A stretch of DNA of 64,000 bases. Source: Azolla caroliniana (taxonomy: Eukaryota > Plantae > Polypodiophyta). Made by a program: the position numbers and the translations under genes. Of the stretch, positions 1 to 13,105 are shown in pieces (the stretch's first letter is position 1; each line of letters opens with the position of its first letter). Below the pieces are notes generated by a model. That model made no database searches and was not told the DNA's origin. It worked only from the letters and a program-made list of their open reading frames with translations. The stretch spans positions 3,968,001-4,032,000 of the forward strand of contig JBHGNT010000017.1 in assembly GCA_043228905.1 (NCBI GenBank), read 5' to 3'.

Positions 1-1637
1 GGGAAAAGTATGCGACCCGACGAGGTTCCGACAAATTGTCAGAAGCCTCATATACTTGACCATCACCCGACCCGACCTCAGTTATCCGGTCGGGGTGATC
101 AGTCAGTTCATGGCGCGACCTACCGAGGAGCACCTTCAGTGTGCGCAACGCGTATTGTGGTACATAAGCGGCACTAAGGACCGAGGACTGCTATATCGGA
201 CCGGTGCAGCCGCGCAGTTAGTCAGCTACACCGATGCTGATTGGGCTGGCAACGCCACCGATCGCCGATCCACGTCCGGATACGCGTTCTCCCTCGGGAG
301 TGCCGCGATCGCGTGGAGCAGTAAGAAGCAGCCGACACTTGCACTGTTGAGCACCGAAGCTGAGTACCGAGGAGCGGCTGTCGCGACATGCGAAGCCATA
401 TGGTTGAAGCGGCTACTTAAGGACCTGCAAGAGGAGGTGTCCGATCCAACGACGATCTACTGTGACAACCTCAGCAGCATCCAACTTGCGAAGAACCCCG
501 TCTTCCACGCACGGACCAAGCACATTGAGGTGCACTACCATTTCGTCTGTGAGCGTGTCCTTTCCGGTGAAGTTGAACTTCAGTACGTTCCTACGGATCG
601 GTAGGCTGCCGACATCTTCACCAAGCCTCTTGGTCTGGACAAGTTGCGGCAATTCTCAGGTGCGCTTGGATTGCGTCACCTTGACGTGCCGAACTTGAGG
701 GGGAGAACAATCCCGAACGACCAAGCAAAGCAGCAGGAAAGGAGCGGAGACTGTGACACCGAGTCGGTGGACTCGGGTGTTGACTCGGTTCACGAGTTCG
801 ACTTCGGATCGGCTGAAGAAGCCGAGGGAGGACCCGCGGAAAAGTTCGGAAGAGGACAGAAGGGGAGCAACCGAAGGAGAGAGCCGAATCCAACCATGCA
901 TGGGGGAGATGACGCCATCGAGGGCGAGAAGACTGAAGACAAGTTGGAGACAGCCAACTCGGAAGAGAGCGAAAACCAATCGGAGGTAGCCGAGTCAGTT
1001 CAGATGTTTGATTCAGACACGTTAAATCAACCGAGGCCCAAGCGGAAGAAAAGGCAGCAGAAGAAATGTCGACACCGCAACAACAGAAGAGCTGATAAGG
1101 GCCACATGAGCAGACAAGCCGACCGAAAGGGTCGAAGCGCGCGGAGTCGAATAGGTCGAGGAGCGCGAGCGAGGCGTGAAGCCAGGAGGAACCAGAGCTG
1201 TGAGCCCGAGGATCCCGAAGAGCCTCGAGTTGAGCTTGAGGGGGAGTGTTGAGAGACAAGCTCAACATTGGCCAGATCGGCTGAAGAAGCCGAGGACCGG
1301 ATCGGTTAGGCCGAGTGCGTAAACCGGGAGGTCGTTAGGAAAGATATTCCGTGAGGAATATATTTGGGAGTTAGTGTAGGAGCTCTTAATGAGCATTGAA
1401 GTACTGTCAGTACTTTTGTCAGTTCTTCTAGGACTTGTATAAAAGTGTTCATTGAACACACATTTGTATAGAGAGTGGTGAATAGAGATTGTGTACTTCT
1501 GTTATATTTTTTGTGTCTTCTCTCTCACTCTCTCTGTCTCTCCCGCGTATACCGTGTAAGCTCAAGCTCTCCATTGAACCTAAGTTTCCTTCCTTCTGTT
1601 CGGTCTTCATACTTGCTTCCGCACGTTACTTTCTACA
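1..1637 (+). mobile_element. Ty1/copia element C, 3' part (RT end, RNase H, C-terminal extension, PPT, 3' LTR 1247-1637); runs off the left edge
   Basis: ORF 56-604 has copia RT/RNase H motifs (YTDADWAG, STEAEY, IYCDN, KHIEVHYHF). PPT GAGGGGGAG at 1238-1246 is followed by TGTTGAGA...TTCTACA. Confidence 0.93.
56..1252 (+). pseudogene. copia pol remnant (RT/RNase H plus ~180-aa tail), in-frame stop at 602-604
   Basis: ORFs 56-604 and 644-1252 are in the same frame. TAG at 602-604 falls where copia has Q in QxADIFTK. Confidence 0.85.
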
Positions 1638-2610
1638 TTCACGTACCCTTCTGGATTGATCGTCATTATTGGATACAAGTTATTGTACTTATGTCAGTTT
1701 CCGATCAGTCGAGATTTCCTCAACTGATCATCCATGCCGACTTATTGAGAGTCGTTCAGTATCCGTTTTTGGCTAACATGCCGATGAAGACCAAACTCCT
1801 TTTCAGTGCGGGTACGTGCCAAACTTGGTGCAAGACAATTGTGTTTCCATTAGACAATTGAATTGGTACTTCGCCTACTTTGGTGATCTTGCATTCCTGC
1901 CCATTGCCTAGTCGAATTGTGCCGCTCCGGCCGAATAGTTTGAAAACCATTTGATGTTAAGGGTTGCGTGGAATGTGGCACCAGAGTCCAGTAACCACGT
2001 ATGTGGGTCTTGCACACTGTAAAGGACTTCTCCGATCATTGAGTCCTCTAGGGAGAGGATTTCTCCTGATCGGGTGTTAGCAACATTGACTTGGTTGCCG
2101 ATTGGAGAGTGGTTCGAGTCGGATCGTCCTCAATTCCACACGGATCACTGATGGACCACTCTCTTTCCTCTTGATCGATCAACAATCCGAAATGTTGTTA
2201 CCGACTTTTCTACATGGGTACAGAAATCACATGGTCGACTGGTTCTCAACTTTGACCACCGTCGGTCTCCTCTTCTTTTCGACCGATTGGTATTCTGACC
2301 GGTTTTGTCGGCTTGTTCTCTTGATCAACCGAATCAGTTGATCGGCTCAGTCGAGTGGTGGGCTTTTGCCAACTTGTCGATGATGAGTCCCATCGATTTT
2401 TGCCTAATATCCTCAATGAGGATTTGTTTGATTGTTCGTCCAAATTGAGATTTGGACAGTTGTTGGCGAATGTCGTGTAGAATACCTCCCAACTAAGCCG
2501 GCAAGCTCGATAGGAGGGCAAGGGCTTTCACGTTTTCTTCGAAGTTGATTCCTTGGGCGGAGAGTTCAGATAACACCTAGATGAAGGTGTTGATGTGGGA
2601 AGTTGTTGGG

Positions 2611-2809
2611 TCTCATCTTCATGTTGAATAACTGTCGGAACAGTATCAACTTTGAAGAGGAGGACTTCCTTTTGTACATTGCTTGTAACTTTTTCCACAA
2701 AGAGAATGCTCTCTCATCTTCATGTTGAATAATTGTCGGATCGGTATCAACTTTGAAGAGGAGGACTTCCTTTTGTACACTTCTTGTAACTTTTTCCACA
2801 AAGAGAACG
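2611..2809. repeat. ~101-bp tandem duplication inside copia B gag
   Basis: TCTCATCTTCATGTTGAATAA...CCACAAAGAGAA occurs at 2611 and again at 2712. Confidence 0.85.
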
Positions 2810-3358
2810 TTGTCGTCTCCTTGGCCATGTTGAAATATATGTTTTCGGCCAGATGCATACGGATGGTCGACTTGGCTATTTCATCCAGTGAACGCCATTC
2901 TTCGACTGTCATCGAGGCTATCTTGTTGGTGTGCCTTATTGCCTCGATTTGATGTCAGATTATAAGTACATCCTACATCATTTCCTTCCATAGGGCAAAG
3001 TTTTTGCCATCGAACTTTTGGATCGGATGTTGAAGCCATATTCCTTTTTGGAAGTAAGATTTAACTGACCTGGTCTATTCTTTCAGTTGTGGAATTTCCT
3101 CTTCTTGACTAAATTTTTGTTATTCATCGTCGCCGAACAGTAGGTCGCTTTCATACCAGTTGCGAATAGATATACGCGGAAGAACGTGTGAGGACCTAAG
3201 AGTTAATGAACAACAAATGACACAAATGTGCAACAACAGAGAAAAACAGTGGATTGACACGCAGATGGAGCTTCAATGGAAGTTCTCTCTTATTCTCTCT
3301 TTCTTGTAACTCTCTCTCTTTACAAGACAGAAGAGGATTATCGTCACAATGTTAGGGT

Positions 3359-4022
3359 CATAGATTGACATATTCGCATTCGTCGAGTTTCCCATTCGAA
3401 TGCAAACGAATGTGAATACGAATGGGTGGTCAAGTATTCCCCTCCCCTCCCCTGCCCCAAAAAAAGAGAACTCTCTCTGTTTTAATTTCCTAGGATAAAA
3501 AAAAAGGAACTTGACAATAAATAGGGATAATAAAAGAGTGACTTAGGGACTTGACGCTACTAAATTTTTATAATAAATGTATAACTTATAAGTATTCGTT
3601 TTATTTTTAATAAATAAATAAAATAAAATAAAGGCTCATTAATTTCTCACTTTTTATTCCCTCAAAATTTATGGATATTTTTATCTTGACATTAAAAATA
3701 GTACTTCAAACTAATCATGTCTTCAAAGTTCATACTAATCATATTTGTATAATAAATATAAAAATATTTGTTTTTAAAAAATTAAAAAATTAATTGATTA
3801 ATTAAAATAAGTTTCATAAACTCTCTTGACACTATAATCTACTAATGAATAATTGTTCTTTTTTTGGTAAAATATATTTATTTAAATAAATAAATAATTT
3901 TTTTATATTTATTTTGCAAAACGAATGGTTTTTTAATATTCTTAGGGCCATTTCGTATTCTCGAATATTGAGAATATTGCGCATGGAGAATATCACGAAT
4001 ATCACACATGTGTCAATCTGTG
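3359..4022. mobile_element. Non-autonomous hAT-type DNA transposon (MITE), copy 1
   Basis: TIRs CATAGATTGACA / TGTCAATCTGTG. 8-bp TSD GTTAGGGT at 3351-3358 and 4023-4030. AT-rich, non-coding. Confidence 0.93.
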
Positions 4023-4363
4023 GTTAGGGTTGAGCTTATATACTCAAGCAATAACTTCAAGACGTGTTCATACTAGGATACAAAGTGGAAGGGGTTAGTC
4101 TTTTATGCCAACAGCCACAAAAAGCAGGCTGACCACTGTATGTTCTTGAAGAAGTTCAACAGAGTAGATTGTCTTACTCTCCTGCTATATGTGGATGACA
4201 TGTTGATTGTCGGATGGGACCAGGTGAAGATTCGAATGTTGAAGAAGGCCTTGAGTAGGTCATTCTCAATTAAAGACATGGGTTCGGCTAAACAAATCTT
4301 GGGGATGCACATAGTCCGGGGTCGGACAAAGAAGATAATATGGCTGTCATAGGGAAAATACGT

Positions 4364-4889
4364 TGTTGCGTTGTTACGCGCGTGCGTGTAGAAGGGGCGG
4401 GACCACGGGGGTCTTGGACTAGGGAGTAGAGGAGAAAGAATAAGATATGAGAAATGGAAGCTTAACACCGGATGAGAAGATGAAGAGTAACACATAAGCG
4501 TAGACCAAAATAGATGGAAGCAAGATCCACAACAAGCTATATTAAAAACAAGCGAATGATTACAACAATGGTGGCCGCCATGACCGCACCAAACGACTAT
4601 AAGAAAACCCTAAAGAAAACCCAAGAAGAAAACCCTAACTGAAACCCTAAAACCGAATAGGAAACCCTCGACCTAAGTGGTATGCCTCTCTCCCTCAAAA
4701 TAGGCAACCCCTCATAAGTGACCCCTCCCTTCCTTTTATAGCCCAGGGAGGGAAGGACCTTACCATGTAGGATAAAATTCCCCTCTTCTTTCTACACACC
4801 CTTTCCTAGTATACACGTGCACATGTTGCACACCACCGATTTGCCCATTCCACCCCGGTTTCACACCATAGCCGGAAATCTTCACGACA
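4364..4889 (-). mobile_element. Solo LTR G1 of the tRNA-Trp-primed gypsy group
   Basis: TGTTGCGTTGTTACGCG...TTCACGACA. 4-bp TSD ACGT at 4360-4363 and 4890-4893. Removing it restores the host copia RT frame (KYVTK). Confidence 0.92.
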
Positions 4890-5896
4890 ACGTGACAAAG
4901 GTGCTCCAAAGATTCGGCATGGAAAGCGCGAAACCGGTCAACTCAACACTATCGACAAACAACAAGTTATCATCGACACAATGTCTGAAGATGAAGATAG
5001 AGAAAGCTAAGATGATGAAGGTGCCATATGCCTCAGTAGTCGAAGTCTGATGTATGCAATGGTGTGTACCAGGCCGAACATTGGATGCGCAGTAGGAGTT
5101 GTCAGTCGATACATGAGCAACCCTGGAAGAGAGCACTGAACAACAGTTAAGTGGATACTTCGATATCTGAAAGGCACCTCGAGCATGTATCTCCGATTCG
5201 GCTCAGATAGCCCCGTGTTAGAAGGCTTTACTGACTCAAACATGTAGGCTGATGTAGATACCAGTCGGTCCACATCCGGGTCGTGATGACTTGTGCAAGA
5301 GGATTCGTGTTGTGGCAGTTGAGGTTGCAAAAGGCCGTGGCATTCTCGACCATGGAAGCCGAGTACATGGCAGTTGTCGAAACCAAAAAGGAATTGATAT
5401 GGATGTAGGAGTTTGTCGGAGAGCTTGGAATTCGACAAGGTGAATTCCCACTCTACTACGACAACCAAAGTACCATCCACCTAGCAAAGAATGCGGCCTA
5501 CCACTCAAGGACCAAGCATATTCAAAGTACAAAGATCCACACATCGGAAAATGGATCTGACATGCTGTAAGCAGAAAGGCTAGAAGCATTTTGGAGTCGG
5601 GTCGGATTGGTAAAGCCCCATCCGAAGTGAAGGGGGAGTTTGTTGAGAATTAAGTCCCTACGAATGGGCCGAATTCAGAAGAAGGTCAAAATGTAAATAG
5701 GTTTTATTGTTAAGCCTACTTAGGTTAGTTATGTAAATAGCCCGAAAGTTATCTAAGTATAAAGATAACTAGGGCAAACTTTATGGGTGTGTGTCTGTTA
5801 GTCGTCTAGTTGAGATAGTTGTATATGTAATTGTGTATAGTGTGTGTGAGTTCGTTGCCTCTGTAGCAGAACAAATTGAGCAGGAGAGAGAGAGAG

Positions 5897-7761
5897 AGAA
5901 TTAGAATTAGAATTAGAATTTTTATCGTCCATAAAGAGGCCAATTTTGACCTATGGGACCAAAGTATACATGTGTTCTTGATATATGTCTCCTTCCTAAG
6001 AAGGGGTATTCATATGTTGAAGCACAAAGTCTCTATGTGTTAATAAAGCATACACATATGAGCTCAACCTTCTAGGTGGTGTCTTAAGTATGGATCTTAA
6101 GTTATCACTCCCTCTTAGTATGTCAACATATCTTGAACGAATTGCACTATATGTCAAGCATGTGAAGAGCAAGTGACATTCATCCTCTACCATGCCTTCA
6201 TTGCATACTTTACATGTCTTCAAATTCGTTACATTTTGATACCATGATGCAACTTCAATACCTAACTTGTGAGATCGAGTGTGAAGTAGTGTAAGGGCTC
6301 TACGAGCATTGCTACTCGTATTGGTAATGAGATAAGGTTGGATACGATCAATAGACATTCTTGCTTTATATTGAGACCAATATTCAGGGTTAACATTTGC
6401 AATGTAGTATTCTAGCTTTGTCCTCTTAGCATCCTCCCACTTCATCCTTAATGATTCCATCAACCTTTCCTCAATCATTACATATTGCATAGCATTGCCT
6501 GAAAGCTCTAAAAGATCATCCACACCCCATCTTCTAAACCATTTCTTTATGTCAACAACCCAACCAGATGAGAGAATCTTACTTTTACGATTCTTTTGTA
6601 GCTTACAACCAACATTCCAAGAAAGATGTGGTAATCGATGATTCGGCATATTCTTGACTTTTGTAATGTATTTATATACTCTTTGGAGTGCCAATAGTTT
6701 TATGGGTCGAACACCCGTTTCCAAGAGCATAACCTGGTAAGAGGTAGTGCATTTAACTCCTAATTGCCTCCTCAAAAACGTCTTTTGAATTTTCTCAATC
6801 TCGTTCCATGCATTAAGAGAGATGGTGTCACCCCATACTTCTACTCCATAAAGCAATACTTAAGTTACCATGGCATTGAACAACATTAATTTTACTTCCC
6901 ATCCACAAGTATCACTTTGGTTGCATTGGTTCTCCAAAAGGTAATATGATTTCCAACCGGTTTGGAGTCTAGAATCAAAGCATGCACTCCATTTATTTGT
7001 GGCGGGTACATCAATACCAAGATATTTAAAGCTTTGAACAAATTGTATATGTGAGCATAGGGTAATGATGAGGTTGGATGGTTTGCACTACCATCATTTT
7101 TGTTTTCTCCACATTCACTGCTAGTCCACTACTATGGCAAAATTCTTCTAATACCCCAAGTAAATGTTGCACACTATCAACATCATATGAGAAGAGTACC
7201 ACATCATTTGCATGTAGAAGCAATAAGATAACATGTTGCATCAAATCGGGGCCATTCAATCCTTCTTCTCTTGCAACCTTATTCACCACTTCTTCTAATT
7301 TATCAATACATAAGCCAAAGAGTGTGGGTGATAGTGGACATCCTTGCTTGACCCCCATGTTACTTAAAAAGCTCTTTGAGAATCCACTATCCATTTTTAG
7401 TTGGCATTTAACTTGTTCATATAGGCGTGCAACCGCAACTCGGTACTCTAATGGCATGTCAATGTCTACCATTCTATTCCAAAGCTCACTTCGTGGTACG
7501 GTATCAAAAGCTTTCTTGAAATCAACAAAACAACAATGATCCCCGGTGGAGTGTTTTGGTCTAAATCCGGCTTGCCCAAGTGCTCTTTTGCTTGTACTCT
7601 CAGCCCATGTGCTTATCTTTTGCTCCATAATAGTACTATGTAATTTAGCAATAGTTGAGCTCACCATTATTGTACGATAATTTGCTACTTGATTCTTATC
7701 TCCGCCTTTAAATATTGGTTTAATCCAATTCATAAGCCAATCATTTGGAAATCCAAAACTA
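5897..7761 (-). mobile_element. 5'-truncated, degenerate non-LTR retrotransposon (LINE)
   Basis: RT motifs FVDFKKAFDTV, KQGCPLSPTLF and LLHAND (YADD position). C-terminal CCHC finger CKVC-x8-H-x4-C. The 3' end is (TTCTAA)4, inserted into a (GA)n tract. Confidence 0.9.
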
Positions 7762-10700
7762 AGAGCGCCTCTATTGTAACCGCCGGTTGGCGAGGTGTGC
7801 GAACGTAGTTCGGTGCTTGTGTGAGGTGCACATTTATTTTTGTTTTCTCTCTATTTTGCTTGTGTTCCCATTTCGGCATTTGAACTCGGTTGTGGCTGAG
7901 ATCCCGTTGTCACAAATTTCTGCGCGGATGTGTTGGAACGGGGTAGGATCACCCGGGTCTTGGACAAAGGAGCCGGTAAGAGGGAATGAGAAAGGGAGAG
8001 GGAAGGATGTCCGGGTCGGGTTCTAGACAACTTTGCTGGATCGTCTCCAGACATGTATCTGATCCGGATCGGTTCCCGGTGTTGAGAACGTGGTCGTCTA
8101 GTGCGGAACAAATCAACACTCTTTTTGAAGAGAAGATCATAAACAAATACAGTCAAGGTAGATTGATGGCAATATAGACAGAGAACAATGAGTCACTTAG
8201 AACGCGAGAGAGAGACGTTGAGCACAAGATGAACTATATTTTCTCAACCACCAAACTAGGTTACAAAGTCAGTTTATATACTAACTAACTTAGGGCAACT
8301 GCCCTTCTCACTATTTACATAAATAGCCTAAACCTAGTGTGTACAAAAGGGAGAAATGTGAATACGTTGTCGTGCCTTTTAGCTTCGGATCGTTGTGTGA
8401 GTCGGGTGGGAACCACTGAGGTTTTGGACTAGGAGAAAGAAGAATATGAGATAAGGCTCGTAATGAATAGGTAGAAAGATAGGTAAGTTATGAATCTTGT
8501 GAATACCCACGAGTTTAGTATATTTAATCAATATTTAGATAGTAAGAGACAATTTAGATCACAAATTCGTGAATCCCACGAATATATTATATTGGTCAAT
8601 CCTTACAAAATAATCAACAACCATACATCTTTCTCTCCTCCTTATATAAGGATGGAAGAGGCTAAGCATAGCTTCATGCCTTTTCTAAAGTGTTCACGCA
8701 CACTAAATGTGCATGAGCTGCTTTTTACACTATGCTTTTATTTCCTAAATATAGTGTTCATGCTCGCTAGATGTGCACGAGTAATTTTTTATTGGTGTAC
8801 ATTTTTCTTATAAATAAAGTATTAATAAAGGTAGGCGTAAATAAAGGTCTTATACGTATTAAATCTATATTTACAACACTTAGGATAAGTTAGTACAATG
8901 GTAAGGTTGGGGTTTGTCTACGTGGAGGTACAAGGTTCAAATATTGCATTATGCACGTAACAATCTTTTCTTCTATTTACAAATTTGCCTCTTCATCCGG
9001 TGAGAGACTCTCACCGGCCTTCTTTATCCGGATCTTGATCTGGTTCTTACTAGGTCCTCCTTGCCGGTCCCTCCTTCATCCGGTTCTCACTGGTTCTCCT
9101 TACTAGGTCCTCCTTGTCCCATCTAGAGGGACAAAAAATGCAATTTTCACATAGTGTGCGAATTACACTACGACACTCGCCCCCTCCAAACCCGCACATC
9201 CTCCGGTATGTGCTGAAGTTCCCGATGCCTGTTGTTTGTCTTCATCCGTAGCACTACCCAATTCCTCCCTTATATCAACTATCAATTGTAGACCACTTTC
9301 TTTGCTTTCTGCATCACCATGAGCTTTGTCCGATTGCTCCTCTATGTCGGTCTTGTCTAGGGTTACATAGGGTTCTTCGTCAATCCGCTTCTTGAAAATC
9401 TTCACACGTTTCCCCGCTATAGGCACCCGTAGTACTGTTCCATCCAACTCGCATAGTCGGTAAGTTTCGTTGTCGAAAACTTTCCGAACCTCATATGGCC
9501 CGAACCACCTTTTGGCGAACTTCCGTATCGTTGTATGTTGATGATCCAGACTACTGTCATAGACAATCACCCAATCTCCTTCTTCAATCTTCTGCGGACG
9601 TAGTTGATGCTTTGTGTCGAATCGGAATTTGTTCCGGAATTGCGCTTCCTGTTGTCAGCGTGTTGCTTCCGCTATGTCTTCCGGTCTTCTCTCTAGTTGT
9701 CGTATCCGGACCGCTAGTAGTTCTTCCCGACTCATCTCTTCCTTCCACGGTAGCACTATCCATGTCGCAATTGCGGTTTCCGTCGGCATTACCGGTGCTT
9801 GTCCGGTCATGAGTTCGGCCGGCATAAAACTGGTCACGGAGCTATGCGTCGTCCGATCTGCCCATAGTGCATATGGGAGCATCTGTGGCCAATCCTTCAC
9901 CCTTCCGTCGCATGCTTTGGCAAGTGCTTTGACGACCAAACTATGTCCTCATTCGATTTTCCGGTTGGCCTCCGGATTGTATGTCGTTGTTAGTGTTAAC
10001 CGAACTCCATGTTCGGTGAAGAATTCCCTAGCTTTATTAGAGTCGAGTTCTCCCCGATCCGCAATCACTTGTCCTACGTACCCTACCTGCAAAACACCTC
10101 CTCCAAAAGAAATTGGCATACTGCAGAACACGTTTTCCTTCGTAGCGCCTGACCTTCTACTTGGTTTGTGAGATCTTCCCGAGCTAACACCAAGTACTTC
10201 TTTTGTCTGATCCCGGTTGGCATGGCTACAATGTCGACCATCCATTTGAAGTTGATCGTCGGTCAGAATGTCAGATGTAATTCATCTCGGTGTCGAACTT
10301 CGGAGTAGATTTGACACTTCTCGCAGCTTTCCGTGAACTCCGCTATATCTTTGTACATATTCTTCCACCAATATTTTTGTTTGATTTTCACAAAAGTTGC
10401 CCATGTTCCTCGATGTCCAGCCCAATCAGATTCGTGAAACTCAGACATTATCCGGTTTCGTTGCTCTTTCGTCCCGACTACCCGAAGTGGTATGCCATCC
10501 GGTCTTTTCAGCTCCCTCCATATTAATCCATTTTTCAAGAAGAACTTTTGGACTTCCCTCTTCTTCCTTCAGATCTCGGCTCTCTTCTCTTTATCGTCTG
10601 ATGATTCCTCAATCTCTTGTAGCATCTTCCCGATCATCAAGCTTTCTCCCTCGTATTCTTCTTCTTGGAATTCTCAGATTACGTTTACTCGTCATATCTG

Positions 10701-11570
10701 TGTCGAATACCAGTGTATAATGGCCGTATTCACACTGTCCTTTGGACAACCCAAGTTCGGGCTATTTCTGTAAATAGCATAAAGGGTAGTTGCCCTAGGA
10801 TAGTCACTATATAAAGTGACTTTGTAACCTTTAGTAAAGGTTGGTTGTCATTTGTAACTGTTGCTATTGGAATATATCGTTTACTTTGTGCCTCTCTTTC
10901 TCTCTCTCTCCCTCTATGTCTATCTTGCTCGTGCATACACAGGTTCTTCATCACGAATGTTGCTTGCACTTCCGCATTGACAGCCTTGTCCCCAACATTT
11001 GGTATCAGAGCGTTGGAGGTTCTTCAACCCACTGCCGGCCTTCATCGCACAACACAACATTATGTTTTCGGTTTCTTTGAAGAATAGAGAAGGGAGAAGA
11101 AAAACAAAAGCTCACATCTCACTGTGTTAAATCACAAATTGGAGTAAGCCAGTCAGTTGTACTTTGTTCCTGTGATTGTAACCACTTGAGGGGAGCTCCT
11201 TGAGCAACAACCACTTCGTGCTTCACTCGGCTGATCAACATTCGGGAGGATCAGTTGGATCCGTCCCTCTCATCGTTACAGTCATCCGAAACAAAATCGA
11301 CCCAAACAATCGATTTCGCGTAATCGGTATTCGGCATACAGTCGGAAGCTAACCGGGCTCACTCCGACTCGGCAACATTCGGGAAGACCAGCCAGTTCTG
11401 TCCCTCAAGTTACCAGAGTCACTCCGAGCAAGTTCAGCAACAAGTATACGAAACCAAACCGACTCGGGTTCAAAACCGACTAGAATGATATCGGGTGAGC
11501 CGATCGGCTGCACCCCACTAAGGTTCGTAGTCAACTCCGAACCGAGTCTTACCAACCGAAACCGAAGTAG

Positions 11571-12350
11571 ATGGCATCAACATCCGGCTCATCGGAGATG
11601 AGTCTAAGGAGGTTCGACGGTTCGAACTTCAACTTCTGGAAGAAACAAATGCAGGACTATCTCATAGTCAAGGGTCAGATAGACCCGATTGAGAATGAAA
11701 ATCCTCCAGAAGCATACAAGGCAAACAAGTGGGTAAAGCTGGATAGAATCGTCCGCGCCACAATTTGGATGCACTTGTCGGAGTCAGTGTACTTCACAGT
11801 GCAATCATGCACGACAACGTTTGAACTTTGGAAAACACTATCGGAAACTTATGAAAAGAAAGTTGCCGCAACGAAGATGTATCTGATCCGGCGCCTCTAC
11901 AACCTGCGGATGAAAGAATCCGATTCGGTTCAGGCACACCTCAATGAGTACGAAAGCATAAGCTCCCAAATCTCGTCTCAGGGGACGACAATCGAGGATG
12001 AACTCAGAGCAATGATACTCATGTGTAGTCTCCCCTCTTCATGGGAAAATTTCGTTACAACCGTGTGCAATGCTTCAACAGCTGTCGTTAAGTACTCCGA
12101 AGTCACGAGCGCAATCCTGACTGAAGTAGCTCGGAGAAAGTCTTTCACCAAAGACTCGGCAGATGAAGCTTATGTAGTACAAGGTTCGACCGACCTATCG
12201 AACAATCGAGGAAGAAGTTCTTCCCGACCGCTGAACAATCAGCGAAGCCGGAGCAAGTCCCGGGACAACCGAATCTACAACTACTGCAAGAAACCGAGAC
12301 ACATCAAAGCCGACTACCGGGCACTCAAAGCAAAAACCGACAAAGCCTAG
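11571..12350 (+). pseudogene. copia E gag (truncated by a stop and a solo-LTR insertion)
   Basis: 259-aa ORF with FDGSNFNFWK, a gag core and a degenerate zinc knuckle (YNYCKKPRHIKADY). Confidence 0.85.
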
Positions 12351-12357
12351 AGAGCAA

Positions 12358-13105
12358 TGTTGCGAAGTTTCGCGCGTACGTGTAGGATCCTAGGCGGGAC
12401 CACAGGGGTCTTGGACTAGGGAGCGACGGAGCATAGGAAGTCGTGCTTCACCATTTCCGAGATGCCAGAAACAACAGAAAAGGAGGGAGAGAAGAACATG
12501 CGCGCACCCCTGACCGACACACGCACACACATAGTGTCGACCCCACTCATGCTTATGTACAGAAATAGAAGTAAGGAAACACTAAAACACCCACGCAGAA
12601 TCTTCCATAGTTATATTACAAGAAGCAAGATACAATAGTCGTCCTCTACCAAGCCGCCAGTCGGGGAGCTCACGGGCTCGTCGCGCCGAGTGGGGTCTTG
12701 CACAGCAGACAGGGCAGATACAGAACCTATAGGTATCAAGCTAGACTCATAGAGTGACGAAGAAGATGCAGAGGAGAAGAAGAAGAAACCCTAAAACAAG
12801 AGAGAAAGAAAGAGGAAGAGAGAACGTTCCTTCCTCTAACGCTATACCCTACTACCAAAAATGGGCAACCCCTTCACCAAGGGCGCTCCCTTCCTTTTAT
12901 AGAACAAGGAGAGGGATTCGTAGCATCGTGGGATAAATCCCTTATTACATGGGATTCTTGTCCCGACTTGATTACCCTTCGGCGCCATAAAGGCGCCCTC
13001 GTTATTCACAATAAATGTACAAGGGTGAGTGAGCACACACGCTGCACCCCGCCGATGTAGCCAATATTTCCCGGTTTTCGCCTTTGGCGGAAATTCTTCA
13101 CAACA
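12358..13105 (-). mobile_element. Solo LTR G5 of the tRNA-Trp-primed gypsy group
   Basis: TGTTGCGAAG...TTCACAACA, clearly homologous to the G6 LTRs. Flanks GCAA / GTGG can be reconciled as a decayed GCGG TSD. Confidence 0.88.

Larger units (their letters stand above)
1638..4113 (-). mobile_element. Ty1/copia element B, 5' part (5' LTR 3161-4113 containing a MITE, PBS, degenerate gag-protease)
   Basis: Met-type PBS (+ strand CGCTTTCATACCA, ~3146-3158). Gag fragments (AKSTIRMHLAENIY, LFNMKM) and protease WLLDSGATFH region at ~1970-2000. LTR TG...CA at 3161-4113. Confidence 0.85.

Noticed and set aside
8891-8960. Functional tRNA genes at 8891, 30327 and 41817
   Set aside because: A and B boxes are present, but I could not fold a complete cloverleaf with a clear anticodon arm. 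They are reported only as tRNA-like modules.
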